Source: an uncultured Nitrososphaeraceae archaeon
GTDB taxonomy: Archaea > Thermoproteota > Nitrososphaeria > Nitrososphaerales > Nitrososphaeraceae
Length of the DNA stretch: 64,000 nucleotides
NCBI GenBank assembly: GCA_963765895.1
Contig: CAVXZB010000038.1
Span: forward strand, 64,001 to 128,000
Direction: 5' to 3'
The notes below the pieces were generated by a model that saw only the letters and a program-made list of their open reading frames with translations, did no database searches and was not told the DNA's origin. Within the stretch, counting starts at the first letter, position 1. The number at the start of each line of letters is the position of its first letter. The position numbers were made by a program, and so were the translations under genes. Below are positions 26,495 through 37,055 of the stretch, piece by piece.

Positions 26495-26785
26495 ATGATA
26501 ATACATTTGGATAAATCCATATCACAAAAAGAAGCATGGGAGATTATCAAACCTGTTTGTAGGGAATTATATGATCTAGCAAAAGCAGGAAACATACAAT
26601 TTGCATCAGGAATTTATAACGAGAGTAATGGAACATACAAAATTAATTTAAAATGCAGTCGCATACATTTAGCATCAAGAGGCTTTAAAGATAGCATTGG
26701 AGATATAGAGTACGAAGAAGGAAATATTAGAATTGGTCTGAGAGCAAATGGTATTCCTGCAAATCTGTTTATCGAACTGATTTAA
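26495..26785 (+). CDS. Hypothetical protein
   Basis: 96-aa ORF with GGAG upstream. Confidence 0.65.
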   Translation: MIIHLDKSISQKEAWEIIKPVCRELYDLAKAGNIQFASGIYNESNGTYKINLKCSRIHLASRGFKDSIGDIEYEEGNIRIGLRANGIPANLFIELI

Positions 26786-27029
26786 CATTAATGGACGATA
26801 TCTTGGCAGTTTGGTAGTGTGGATGGGTAATAGAGGCCTATATTGTGCCTTGGATTATTTTTGATGTCAAATAATAATAGATGTATCTATCAGCTTGAAC
26901 TAGCGCATGAATACTATAACTTCCGTGGAATTCTCATACTACTCTTCATATTAGACAGAATATTGGTTGTCCAGTAATAGACTGCTAACTAGGCATGTTT
27001 ATATTTCCAGTAGATATTTAGGCATCTAA

Positions 27030-27240
27030 TTTCGTTATTCGGAACTACCGATATATGGTTGGAATGCTTTTGTAGGCTTTATCCCTTCCAAACAAATAGG
27101 TATTGTAGCCTTATGTAGTTGTGACCCTACTGATGCTGATATGAGTAGCCTTGGTTTTGTATTACTACATCTAACAGGGGCAGAGAATCTGACTGCAAAG
27201 ACTGAGAGTCAAATTCATACATACAACCGCAGGTCTTAGT
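27030..27240 (+). pseudogene. Serine hydrolase/beta-lactamase-like C-terminal fragment
   Basis: GWNAFVGFIPSKQIGIVALCSCD. Confidence 0.6.
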
Positions 27241-27296
27241 TAGAAAAGTCCAACGATATTCGTGTGATATAATTACCCTATTTGTAATGGATCAGG

Positions 27297-28100
27297 TCAA
27301 AGTGAAAATAACGAGACAGCGTTTCCGGACATTAATAAATCCTTAGAGTGATTGTCAAGCTCCAGCCTTTTAACGAATTTTATATAAGCACCCATATCGC
27401 AAAGGGGCCAATCGCTACCATATAAAAGCCGATGCGGGTCACCTACATACCTTAATAATTCATTTATTTTACGAGCATAATAAATTTCATCATAAGTTGA
27501 AATATCGCCTACAAACAATCCAGAAATGTCTGCATAAACATTTTTATTCTTAAATAATACCTCTTGACAATCCACAGTCCAAGGATTGCCTAAATGACAA
27601 ATTACGATCTTCAGTTCGGGATTGTCAACTGCAACTTCATCTATATTTAGAGGATGGGCGAATCTTATTTTCGCGTTACTGGCATAGGTATCTCCAGTAT
27701 GAATCATCACCGGTTTTTTATATTCTATACAAATATCATATATGCCCTGATATCTTTTATCATACGGGTAATAGTGCTCATAACCACAGTAAAGTTTTAT
27801 CCCTTCAATCAGATCGTCTTTAAACCAATTTCTATACTCGCTTAGGGAACTAGGGCCATTATCGATAGTGAAGGAGGCAACAACTCCAATTCTACTTTCA
27901 TATTTTTTGGCATGTTTAATGATTTGGGCTGTAGATGGTCTATTCTGATTGACCTTATATGATGAAAGTATTAATGAATAATTTATATTTTGGCTGTCCA
28001 TTGCTTGGAGCAGTGCGCTAATCTTTGCCTCGAGAGATTTGGCGACATCACCGCGTTGAGGATAATGGTTGACATGGACGTGACAATCAACGATTTTCAC
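27297..28100 (-). CDS. Amidohydrolase family 2 (TIM-barrel metallo-hydrolase)
   Basis: DCHVH, GIKLY, MIHTG, ICHLG, YADIS, LYGSDWP. Confidence 0.9.
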   Translation of the reverse strand: MKIVDCHVHVNHYPQRGDVAKSLEAKISALLQAMDSQNINYSLILSSYKVNQNRPSTAQIIKHAKKYESRIGVVASFTIDNGPSSLSEYRNWFKDDLIEGIKLYCGYEHYYPYDKRYQGIYDICIEYKKPVMIHTGDTYASNAKIRFAHPLNIDEVAVDNPELKIVICHLGNPWTVDCQEVLFKNKNVYADISGLFVGDISTYDEIYYARKINELLRYVGDPHRLLYGSDWPLCDMGAYIKFVKRLELDNHSKDLLMSGNAVSLFSL

Positions 28101-28109
28101 GGAATATAT

Positions 28110-28802
28110 TTACACCCTGTTTGGTTTGCTTCTCTCAACAATACGATAGGTAGGGTTTTGCCATTCTATAAGACTTGCAAAATTCAAAGAACGTCTGTCG
28201 AGAAGATAATTAGGCAGAACTTTGATATACTTGAACCCATTTTTGAGTTGAAAAGATAAAACAGGATCTTGCAATTCCCCTCTGACGACTTTTTCTGCAA
28301 ACTCCTTAGCAGACATCATATGCGAATACTTGCAATAATCGTATAATCTGCCACCGGCTAAAATCCTTCTAAGATTTAGCCTCATGGCCAATTCCTTTCT
28401 GGCGTCATATAACATAGTTCCAATGCCCATATTTCGAAATTCAGGATGTGTTGAAAGGTCGGCACCATATAATGTATCTCCACTGGCATTGTGATTTGAA
28501 AATAATCCATTTCCAGTTATTTCAAACCAGTCGTGTTCCTCATATTTTGAGCTGAGTGATATTATAAGACTACTGGATGACCCCACTATTTTGCCATCGA
28601 TTTCTGCTAGTAGTTGTCCATCAGGAAATATCTCAATATGATTTCGAAGGTATGAGCTAGGAAAGATCATGCCATCCTTTGCCATATCTGCAAAAGATTT
28701 CCTTTGCAACTGTACTATCTGGGGGATGTCATTCTCTTTAAAATTTCGTATTATGATACTTTTAGAATCCAAATTGTTATCAACACTACGATTTTGTTTC
28801 AT
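28110..28802 (-). CDS. GNAT acetyltransferase (YkwB-like)
   Basis: FPDGQLLAEIDGKIVG, HPEFRNMGIG, LYDARKEL, DPVLSFQLKNGF; 9 bp from the amidohydrolase. Confidence 0.9.
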   Translation of the reverse strand: MKQNRSVDNNLDSKSIIIRNFKENDIPQIVQLQRKSFADMAKDGMIFPSSYLRNHIEIFPDGQLLAEIDGKIVGSSSSLIISLSSKYEEHDWFEITGNGLFSNHNASGDTLYGADLSTHPEFRNMGIGTMLYDARKELAMRLNLRRILAGGRLYDYCKYSHMMSAKEFAEKVVRGELQDPVLSFQLKNGFKYIKVLPNYLLDRRSLNFASLIEWQNPTYRIVERSKPNRV

Positions 28803-29945
28803 TTTAGAAGGAAATAGTATGTGCTTCAGTCAATCAAATAAATCTATGGACCTTCTATCTCTTAAAAGATATATTTATGTATTCCAGGTCACCTAAAATT
28901 TGACCTAAATAAATGTATAAATCTATTAATACTAAATATCTGAGAATTACGTCGAGTCGAAAATAGAATTGATTTTAACGCCAGTTACCGGTGTTCCATT
29001 AGGGCGGTGTATCTCAATAAGGTGCTAAGTAATTTTTTTTAAATACTTTTAACAATTGCGTTGCTGAGAATGAATTAAGCTTGGATAAGTCTTTTTTAGA
29101 TGGCAAACAACAGATCCTTCTGTGACGGCTCCCAAGACAAATGGTCTGATTAGACAATGGGAATAATCAGTGAATCAGGATTGTATTCTAGACATTTTCC
29201 TGAGATAAACCCAACCTGTTCAATAGGAGCTGACTATACTTTTTCTATCAATAGATCTACACTATAAAGATAAACTGTTCGCAAACGCTACACAAGCATC
29301 CAAGGACAACCTATACATTATTACCCTATTCTACTCTATTGTGGTTTCCTTACGCTTCAGTAGACATGCTACCTTTGTCGAGACGAATTTTATGCTGTGA
29401 TACAGATGGATCTGTTCTCTGTCACAGTCCAGACAATTCAGCGTAAAAATCAAAGCATCGTAAATAACATTTAACTCCTCTGTTGTAAAACGCTTATGCT
29501 AAATAACGAACCACTCTGCAACGAGTAATTTTATTTAAGTCTTAGTGACAACTTGCTACGGCACAAATCATTATAATCCTAAAACAAGAATGGTCAATAT
29601 GATTAATAATAGATCATTATTTAGTACTTAATTACTTATTCTGTCGGCCCTAATGATTGATATCTATAGATAGTAGCAGCTGTTAACGCACTAGTCGTAT
29701 TTAGTTCTGTTAATATCCAAGATTTTCGATAAATCGTGTGGAGTCTAATTCTTCTAATATCTGGCATAATTAACTTGGAAGAGCGTCCTCGAATATAGCG
29801 TTATGAAATATTTCAGTTTAAAAACATTGTCTAAAGTGAGACATCGAACGTATAGCCTAATCCTCAATATATAGAAAATGATGTTAGAATACCATCTGTT
29901 ATGAGGAAGCAAAGAAAAGTATAGTTACTAGACAAGGTGATAGAC

Positions 29946-30329
29946 CTACCGACCTCCTCCAGGTAATCCGAGGACTTTAGTTGGCGAACGATAGTTGGCA
30001 TAAATATGAATTCCTTCATTTGTTGTTACATTTACTGTGCTGACTATGGTGTCTGGCTTTGGATAAAAATAAAACGATTGGCCAGCTTCTAGGGAAGACA
30101 AGTTCTGTATATCTCTTTTTCCTTGTACCACAGTTATACCAGTAACTGGTTTTAATCCAATATTTGTCAATCTTATTCTATATTGAGTACCTGCCATATC
30201 TGTAGTATCTTTTGTTGGATCCACTTGAAGTCCGAATTCAGGCCTATTAATCTGCACATTATAAAAGTAAACTGCAAAGATTAGTCCAACAATTGATATC
30301 ACGGTATAATAGATGTATCGCCTAACCAT
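29946..30329 (-). CDS. Membrane-anchored hypothetical protein
   Basis: Likely start MVRRY at 30329, N-terminal TM, small beta-rich domain. Confidence 0.7.
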   Translation of the reverse strand: MVRRYIYYTVISIVGLIFAVYFYNVQINRPEFGLQVDPTKDTTDMAGTQYRIRLTNIGLKPVTGITVVQGKRDIQNLSSLEAGQSFYFYPKPDTIVSTVNVTTNEGIHIYANYRSPTKVLGLPGGGR

Positions 30330-30831
30330 CTTATGATAATTGTGATTAGCGTATAAAATATCTTTTGAGCAAATTATTTCCATTTGTATGTCCTCTAAGT
30401 CTACCGTTCGTGATAGAAAAGGGGGAAAGAAACAGTTAATCTTGTCTCCTGGTTTGGACATTCGATTCAATTTACGATCAAATATTTATCTAACGATTGT
30501 TGAAACATTCTTAAACATTTAAATCGAATTGGGGGCGTAGATTGCGTAAATTCTGGCCTATCCTCGGGCTGGTGAACGACTCGAGATCTGAATGAATAAT
30601 ATCGACGACCATGGCTAGGTGAACAACACGATAAACCATTTACTTTAAACCATATTGTCTGACAAGTCGCTTATTTGTCAAGTTTATCACATCAAGCTTT
30701 ATCTAGTTAGTATCTCAAGATTGAAAGTTTTCTGTCATCGAGGTACCTACCTAAGGCCGATAGGAAATTGTGTAATTTAAGAAATTCACTTATATCGGGA
30801 CAAATATTATCTGGTACGCGCTGAATGATAG

Positions 30832-31161
30832 ATGGTTTACTTTGAACTTCCCAGTAAGAAAGAGTTGGATTCAATAGATAGCAAGGAAAGGTTAAATATA
30901 TTTCGACAGTATTTCGCGGCAAGCCGCTACGATCGTCTAATTATTCAAAAATGCTTACTAAGCTCGGCATATAACGAGGCCAGCTTTTACGAAGTAAAGG
31001 ACATGGAAAAAGAGCATGATGAAAACTATTATGATAAGGTTAAGACTATTAAAGAATATGGATTTATTGATGAGTTCATCATAGCGGTTAAAGAGGAGGA
31101 ACAAGCTATTCAGAAAATAATCGAAGCTTACGACAAGAGAATGAGGATGTCAAGCCTTTAG
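30832..31161 (+). CDS. Hypothetical protein
   Basis: 109-aa charged helical ORF. Confidence 0.7.
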   Translation: MVYFELPSKKELDSIDSKERLNIFRQYFAASRYDRLIIQKCLLSSAYNEASFYEVKDMEKEHDENYYDKVKTIKEYGFIDEFIIAVKEEEQAIQKIIEAYDKRMRMSSL

Positions 31162-31392
31162 TTATTACTGATATCTTTTTAAGAGTAATCGGGCTAGACA
31201 TACTTTAGATCGTTAAATTGAATAACTGCAATAACCAAATCAGATTGAATCGACGATTCTGAGGGGGCCAATCTTGGTTATTTAATTGGTTCTATTCATA
31301 GTATAATTAGATATATTGCAAGACAAGAAATTTCATGTGATAGGCCAATGTAAAATCATATTCAGTCATTTAGGTTTCTAGTATTTTTTTGT

Positions 31393-32805
31393 TCAAGCTG
31401 CATTTTCATGCCATATTTGGGCCGTAGCGTGATTAGAGGTTTGAGGCTCAACCTTGTGATTTGACTCATGTAACATTCTCCACCGCCTACAAACAGTAGC
31501 TACAATCAATATGCCTTCCATCCATGCGAATGCCTCACCTATACATCCTCTTATACCACCTCCAAACGGAAAGTAGCTGAACCTGGGGAGCTCACTTCTA
31601 GTCTCTCTAGTCCACCGCTCGGGATAAAAAAGGTCTGGCTCAGGAAAATATTTGGGATTACGATGCATGACGTACTGACTCATTAGAATTATTGATTTGG
31701 CAGGTATTACATAACCATCAAGGTTATAATCATTTATGGCTTGACGTCCAAGAGTCCATGCCGGTGGATAAAGTCTCATAGACTCTCTGACGATCTTTTC
31801 TGTATATTCAAGATTTGGTATATCATCCACGGTAGGAATTCTCAGGTAGAGGCTACTTGCTTCCTGTTTGCTACCACCATTACCTTTACCATTACCGTTA
31901 CCTAGTACCGATTTTAGTTCCTCATATAGTTTGGCTTCGACTGATGGATATTCAGACAGCAAATAAAACGTCCAAGTAAGCGCATTTGCAGTAGTTTCAT
32001 GACCGGCCAAAAAGATTGTCATGACTTCGTCTCTTAGCTGAGTGTCAGTCATTCGTTTAATTCCAGCATCTGAATCCTGAGCTTCCAGCAATGTGTACAA
32101 TAAATCTGACTTTGATGTCTCATTAGCTGTGTTATTCCGATGTTCCTGAATCATATTGAATACTATAGAGTCTAATCTCTTCTTTGCTTTTTGAAAGCCC
32201 TTGTTGATGGGTAGTATAGGAATCTTTTCAATAAGTTCTCCAAATGGCATGAGCAAACGATTAAAGTATTCAGCACACGTCAGCAAGTCATCGCCTACTT
32301 GATTCCCTTCAGCTGATTGAATGTCAGAGCCCAGAACGGCTTTACTAATTATAGACGAGGTAAGGTTTATCATACTCTTATGGATGTCTAGCTTCTCTTC
32401 ATCTTTCCAATCCCTACACATATTAACAGAATGTGCCGTTACTATCTCCCCATACTTTTTTACAAGATTAGGAAGGAATGCAGGTTGTATTATGCGTCTC
32501 TGTCGATCATGATACTCACCTTCACTAGTTACAAGACCCTCTCCTAGCAGGCGCTTAGAAACCTGCAGACCCCTGCTTTTCGTGAAATTTTTATGATTCT
32601 TCACTAGTACGTCTTCTATAAATTGCGGATTGTTTAAAAGGTATACATGCTGTCTTCCAAATTTAAAATGAGCGATATCACCATATTTGTTTGTTATAGC
32701 CATCAGGGTTTCGGTGGGATTATGAATAAATTCACGCATTAGTTTGTTTGGCAATAACGATGTAGGTCCAGGAGGATATTTGACGGTTCGAACTTTAGGT
32801 GACAA
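31393..32805 (-). CDS. Cytochrome P450; probable +1 indel near 31446 garbles the C-terminus
   Basis: AGHETT, ESMR, PERW, FPFGGGIRGCIG; removing one C restores KVELKPLITLRPKYGMKM. Confidence 0.92.
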   Translation of the reverse strand: MSPKVRTVKYPPGPTSLLPNKLMREFIHNPTETLMAITNKYGDIAHFKFGRQHVYLLNNPQFIEDVLVKNHKNFTKSRGLQVSKRLLGEGLVTSEGEYHDRQRRIIQPAFLPNLVKKYGEIVTAHSVNMCRDWKDEEKLDIHKSMINLTSSIISKAVLGSDIQSAEGNQVGDDLLTCAEYFNRLLMPFGELIEKIPILPINKGFQKAKKRLDSIVFNMIQEHRNNTANETSKSDLLYTLLEAQDSDAGIKRMTDTQLRDEVMTIFLAGHETTANALTWTFYLLSEYPSVEAKLYEELKSVLGNGNGKGNGGSKQEASSLYLRIPTVDDIPNLEYTEKIVRESMRLYPPAWTLGRQAINDYNLDGYVIPAKSIILMSQYVMHRNPKYFPEPDLFYPERWTRETRSELPRFSYFPFGGGIRGCIGEAFAWMEGILIVATVCRRWRMLHESNHKVEPQTSNHATAQIWHENAA

Positions 32806-33304
32806 TTTTGTCTTTTACTCTTTTGTTCTGGCCAAAATATAAAGCTGTGTGATAACGATCGAAAAGGTGTATGAAAAACATCCATCTGGACCTTTCCCAT
32901 CATCAGTCTAGCATGCATAGCCCGAGGACCGGATATTTACCAAACTATCTATTGTTTCTGGACAGGACTAATTGATACTCTAAACACATCATTTACAAAT
33001 TAGATCAAAGCTACATATCGCAATGACAATCAGTCAAGAATTAAATTGTTCCATTGAAGAGGCTTCAAGCTGTCCAACGATGGTCAGTATATTCTTGTAA
33101 ACACAATATAGTCATAGAAAATAATAATCTCTAGACTGAGTCACCCAATTTCAGGCATGTCAGCTTCGGCATATTAATTAGATTAAAATTCGAGGTTCCT
33201 AATGGGGATAATGGGTGCACAAATCTTCAAATCACCTATTGTTAACTACCGTACCTGTATAGCACTTTAGTAAACGTCATAAACTCGATGACAGCAGACA
33301 ATTA

Positions 33305-34267
33305 TTATGGGGCTTCGATTAACGAGCTAACCACTTCTGTCCATCCTTCTGCGATATTCCTCTGATTATAACCTCCACCACCTAGCGCAATTATTCTCCC
33401 GTCGCAATAAATATGCGATAATCGGTGTAATGCATCTGCTGCATATTTATGCGCCTTCGACGTAAATTCCAGATGAGTTATCGGATCTCCTTGAATACCA
33501 TCTGCACCACATTGTAAAATTATTAATTCGGGCTTTGCTGTGTTCTCTATAAACGATTCGATTTTTCTAAAGCTAGCGATAAAATCGTCGTCATTAGACC
33601 TTGGTGCTAATGGTAAATTCATCTTTGAGCCCTTCGCATCTCCGATTCCTGTTTCGTGTTCAGAACCAGTTCCTGGGTATAGATAGTGACCATCTTCATG
33701 TATATCCGCGATAAAGAGCAAGGGATCATTTTCAAATTCATAAAAAACTCCATCACCATGGTGTGCGTCTATATCTACGTACAAAATCCGTCTGATATTA
33801 TACTTCTTTCTTGCTTCCATGATGACTACACCGATGTCGTTAAAAATACAAAAACCACCTGCACACCCTCTCCTTGCATGGTGTAGTCCTCCAATAGGAT
33901 TGAACGCATGTTGAATTCCGTCTTTTCTATCCATAATTAGATTCAATGCTCGTAGGCTAGTGCCAACAATATATGAGGATGCCTCAAATGCACCTACAAA
34001 GGCAGGTGTATCTCCAAGATCTAAATAACCGGTGCCAAGTTTTGAAGCATGTCTAACGAAATCGATGTATGTCAAGTCATGGAATTGCTGTATAGTCTCT
34101 GCAGATGCAATTTCTGGCTGCACTACTTTGATTTGGCCGGAATTTTGAAGTTCTAACTCATTGAATTTTGACCAAAAAGAATACAATCTATTCGAATTAA
34201 ATGGATGTGATTGTCCAAATCCGTATTTTGCAAGCTCTTCCCCGAAAAAAACCGCTGTACTGCACAT
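33305..34267 (-). CDS. Histone deacetylase/AcuC-family Zn-dependent deacylase
   Basis: GGLHHA, GFCIFND, DIDAHHGDG, YPGTG, GADGIQGDP, GGGGY. Confidence 0.92.
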   Translation of the reverse strand: MCSTAVFFGEELAKYGFGQSHPFNSNRLYSFWSKFNELELQNSGQIKVVQPEIASAETIQQFHDLTYIDFVRHASKLGTGYLDLGDTPAFVGAFEASSYIVGTSLRALNLIMDRKDGIQHAFNPIGGLHHARRGCAGGFCIFNDIGVVIMEARKKYNIRRILYVDIDAHHGDGVFYEFENDPLLFIADIHEDGHYLYPGTGSEHETGIGDAKGSKMNLPLAPRSNDDDFIASFRKIESFIENTAKPELIILQCGADGIQGDPITHLEFTSKAHKYAADALHRLSHIYCDGRIIALGGGGYNQRNIAEGWTEVVSSLIEAP

Positions 34268-34735
34268 AACATCTATAATTAAGATACTAGTGAGAAAATA
34301 AGTATTGTGTAGGATGATTGATCCGTTTTGTTGGCCCAGCCATGACCACTATTCCTGTGGGCTAAGCGATAGTTGTTCCATCTATTCCCTACATATGTGA
34401 ATAGTGATCTATAATATAATAATTAACTCCAGAAGGACAACAGTATACATAATTTGGATCTAATTAACACCAAACCGACAGTCGATGTACCACTGTTCTG
34501 GCTAGCATTAGTTAGGAGACGTCGGCTAAAATTATGATTTATTAATCAAAGGCCTACTACGTAGAATAATTAAGTAATTAATTAAGTAATGTTGGGTTTT
34601 TCAGGATGCAGCAAGGAAAAGACTAACTAGGAAAACTCGAGGGAACTAATTTAAAGTCGAGATTGATGAGTATCAAGTGATTTCAAAAAAAGGCATATTC
34701 TAGTAACTACAAGAATCCAGGCAACTTTCTGAAAT

Positions 34736-35107
34736 CTATTGCGCTGATTGCTTTAGTACATCTTCTCCTCGAACCTTTGAGCTAATATCAAATGCATCAG
34801 AAACGTCCTTCACAAAGATATAACCATGGGCGTGCTTACCTGTTTTCAGATTATTCATAATATCATCGACAATCTCTTTTACTGCCGAGTCAGCCACCAT
34901 AGTTTCCACCTTGGACCTTTTTACGAATTCCGGAATAATCATCTTTCCTGACATGTAAGATCTCACTATCTCAGGTATAGCATCGTGTTTCGTACGGCCT
35001 GAACCCATAACCTCAGAAAAAGTCAAACCCATGACATCATGCTTGTGGAGAATTTCTGTGACCTCAAATAATTTTTCCTGAGGAACATAAATTGTTAATT
35101 CCTTCAT
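34736..35107 (-). CDS. P-II family signal transduction protein (divergent)
   Basis: MKELTIYV..EKLFEV, GLTFSEVMGSGR, EFVKRSKVE, GYIFVKDVSDAFDI; likely ATG at 35107. Confidence 0.85.
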   Translation of the reverse strand: MKELTIYVPQEKLFEVTEILHKHDVMGLTFSEVMGSGRTKHDAIPEIVRSYMSGKMIIPEFVKRSKVETMVADSAVKEIVDDIMNNLKTGKHAHGYIFVKDVSDAFDISSKVRGEDVLKQSAQ

Positions 35108-35479
35108 TGCCAGAAGTTGTTTACTAGTAGAAGAAATATAAACATTTACACACTTTCCTTTCAAAGAAGTATATCCATTAAACTATCATATCTATCAATC
35201 TTCTGTCGGTCTAGAATTACTACCGTACCTCGCATGCTAACAAACTCATCCCCAGACTACTCATTGTCATAGGTCGCATCAATGAGTAATTGTGACACGA
35301 GCCAATCTATTCAAAAAATTATATCCTTTTGATGTACTACAAAGCCTTAGGAGTGTCAGTCGGTCTAGTTACTAAGTAAAACCAGTCGTTTATCAGCCAC
35401 TCCTATAATTCGAAATATCCATTATCTGATTCGTAGGAATGCTAAAACAGATTAGAATAGGAACATACTCATCGTGAAT

Positions 35480-36142
35480 TTAGTACACATTTAGTACTAT
35501 CCAGTACAAGCCGAATATAACGAGTAGTACGCTGAAACCCAAGAGAAATATATTATAATATCTTACATCTAAGATATATTTTCCCTTCTGTGCCAAAAAC
35601 GAAGTACCTCCTAGCCAAACATAATCCATCCATATGTGAAAAATAAAAACTGCAAGGCTTCCGAAAACGATACCAAAAAGAAAAATCGAATCAGAAACTA
35701 TTTTTAAACCCACAGTAAACCACCAGACTAGGAAGAATGGATTGAGAAGACTGAATATTATGCCACCAAGAATGGGTTTATTACTTAACGAATATTTGGT
35801 CCTGTCAATAAGATTGCCTGGACTCGTATTATTTTTTTCCCTAATAACAACATTGCAAATTTGTAGTATCGAAAAAATGATGATCGCGATACCACCCAAT
35901 AATCCGATAGATTTCAGGATAGCATTATGCGCAACTGAAGTCCCCGAAAAATGAAAGAGACCAAATGACAGCATGAGAATAATGGGTAGCTCTACGATAG
36001 TGTGGCCAGATGCCATCTTTATTCCTCCACGAAAGCCTTGTCTACTTCCATAAATCAGGTTTGCAAAAAATAGCGGACCAGGAGAGAGAACACCTGACGC
36101 CGATAGGAATATAACCTCTATTGCAAATTCAAAAGTTTTCAC
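35480..36142 (-). CDS. LysE-family translocator
   Basis: LSPGPLF, GHTIVE, SLLNPFFLVWW; multi-TM. Confidence 0.9.
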   Translation of the reverse strand: MKTFEFAIEVIFLSASGVLSPGPLFFANLIYGSRQGFRGGIKMASGHTIVELPIILMLSFGLFHFSGTSVAHNAILKSIGLLGGIAIIIFSILQICNVVIREKNNTSPGNLIDRTKYSLSNKPILGGIIFSLLNPFFLVWWFTVGLKIVSDSIFLFGIVFGSLAVFIFHIWMDYVWLGGTSFLAQKGKYILDVRYYNIFLLGFSVLLVIFGLYWIVLNVY

Positions 36143-37055
36143 GTCCTACCGTATAAGAAGATTGGAGATTTAGTACTTAAAAATGTGTTAATTATACTCA
36201 GGTTGATATCCAGAAGCACAACTTGTAAATAGATAAAATCAAGGAGGCTTTGCATTTAGCATTGTAGAGACTTGGATCAAGAAATGAGGTTCTTGTTAAA
36301 TAGATGAGAACGGAAGATTCTACTATTGAGATACCAATCAATCCAGGCTTATTAATCGCAAACCATTCATAATTTTGAACGAGTACTATTCGTGGCAATT
36401 TTGTGGATTGTAACGGCAAGCCCACCTTGGTCTAGAAGTACAATCAGCGATCAGATTATGGGTTGATGCGAGGTTTGATAAAGCTATTGAATTTACAATT
36501 ACAGGTAGGGCAGAATTACAATGTGATGAAAAATTGGTTTTCGAACTATTATAATCGCTCGACAACAGTTATCTCTCATTACCATTAACTTTGCATGGGC
36601 TTCCTCATTTTGGCAGGCAATATTATGAAATGTCATTACAAAATCGTTTCCATAGTTTTCACGGAATGAAGCGCCAGTATTTTAGTATTATCAATTCTCG
36701 TCGTAGTCTAATTCACAGCCGGTGCAAGTATTATACTCTAGATGGAAACAAAATTAGGTCGGACTATAGACAATAAAAATTACATTGTCAGTCTACCAAG
36801 TACGATCAAATTATTCCCTTGTCGGGAAATAAGATGTTTGCCATGTGTGCGTTAGAATGAATATTCTCATGGATAACAAATGTTAAGCATATTTGCCCCA
36901 CTCAAAACCAGAACAAAGCAAGAAAATTAGGCATTAATCCTACAACTTATCAAGATCTCAAAAAATCTATGGGTAAAACATGATAAATCAACTATAGACC
37001 GCGAGTATTAAAACAAGTTTATTAATAAGCTCTGTTATAGCGGAGAATAACATCT

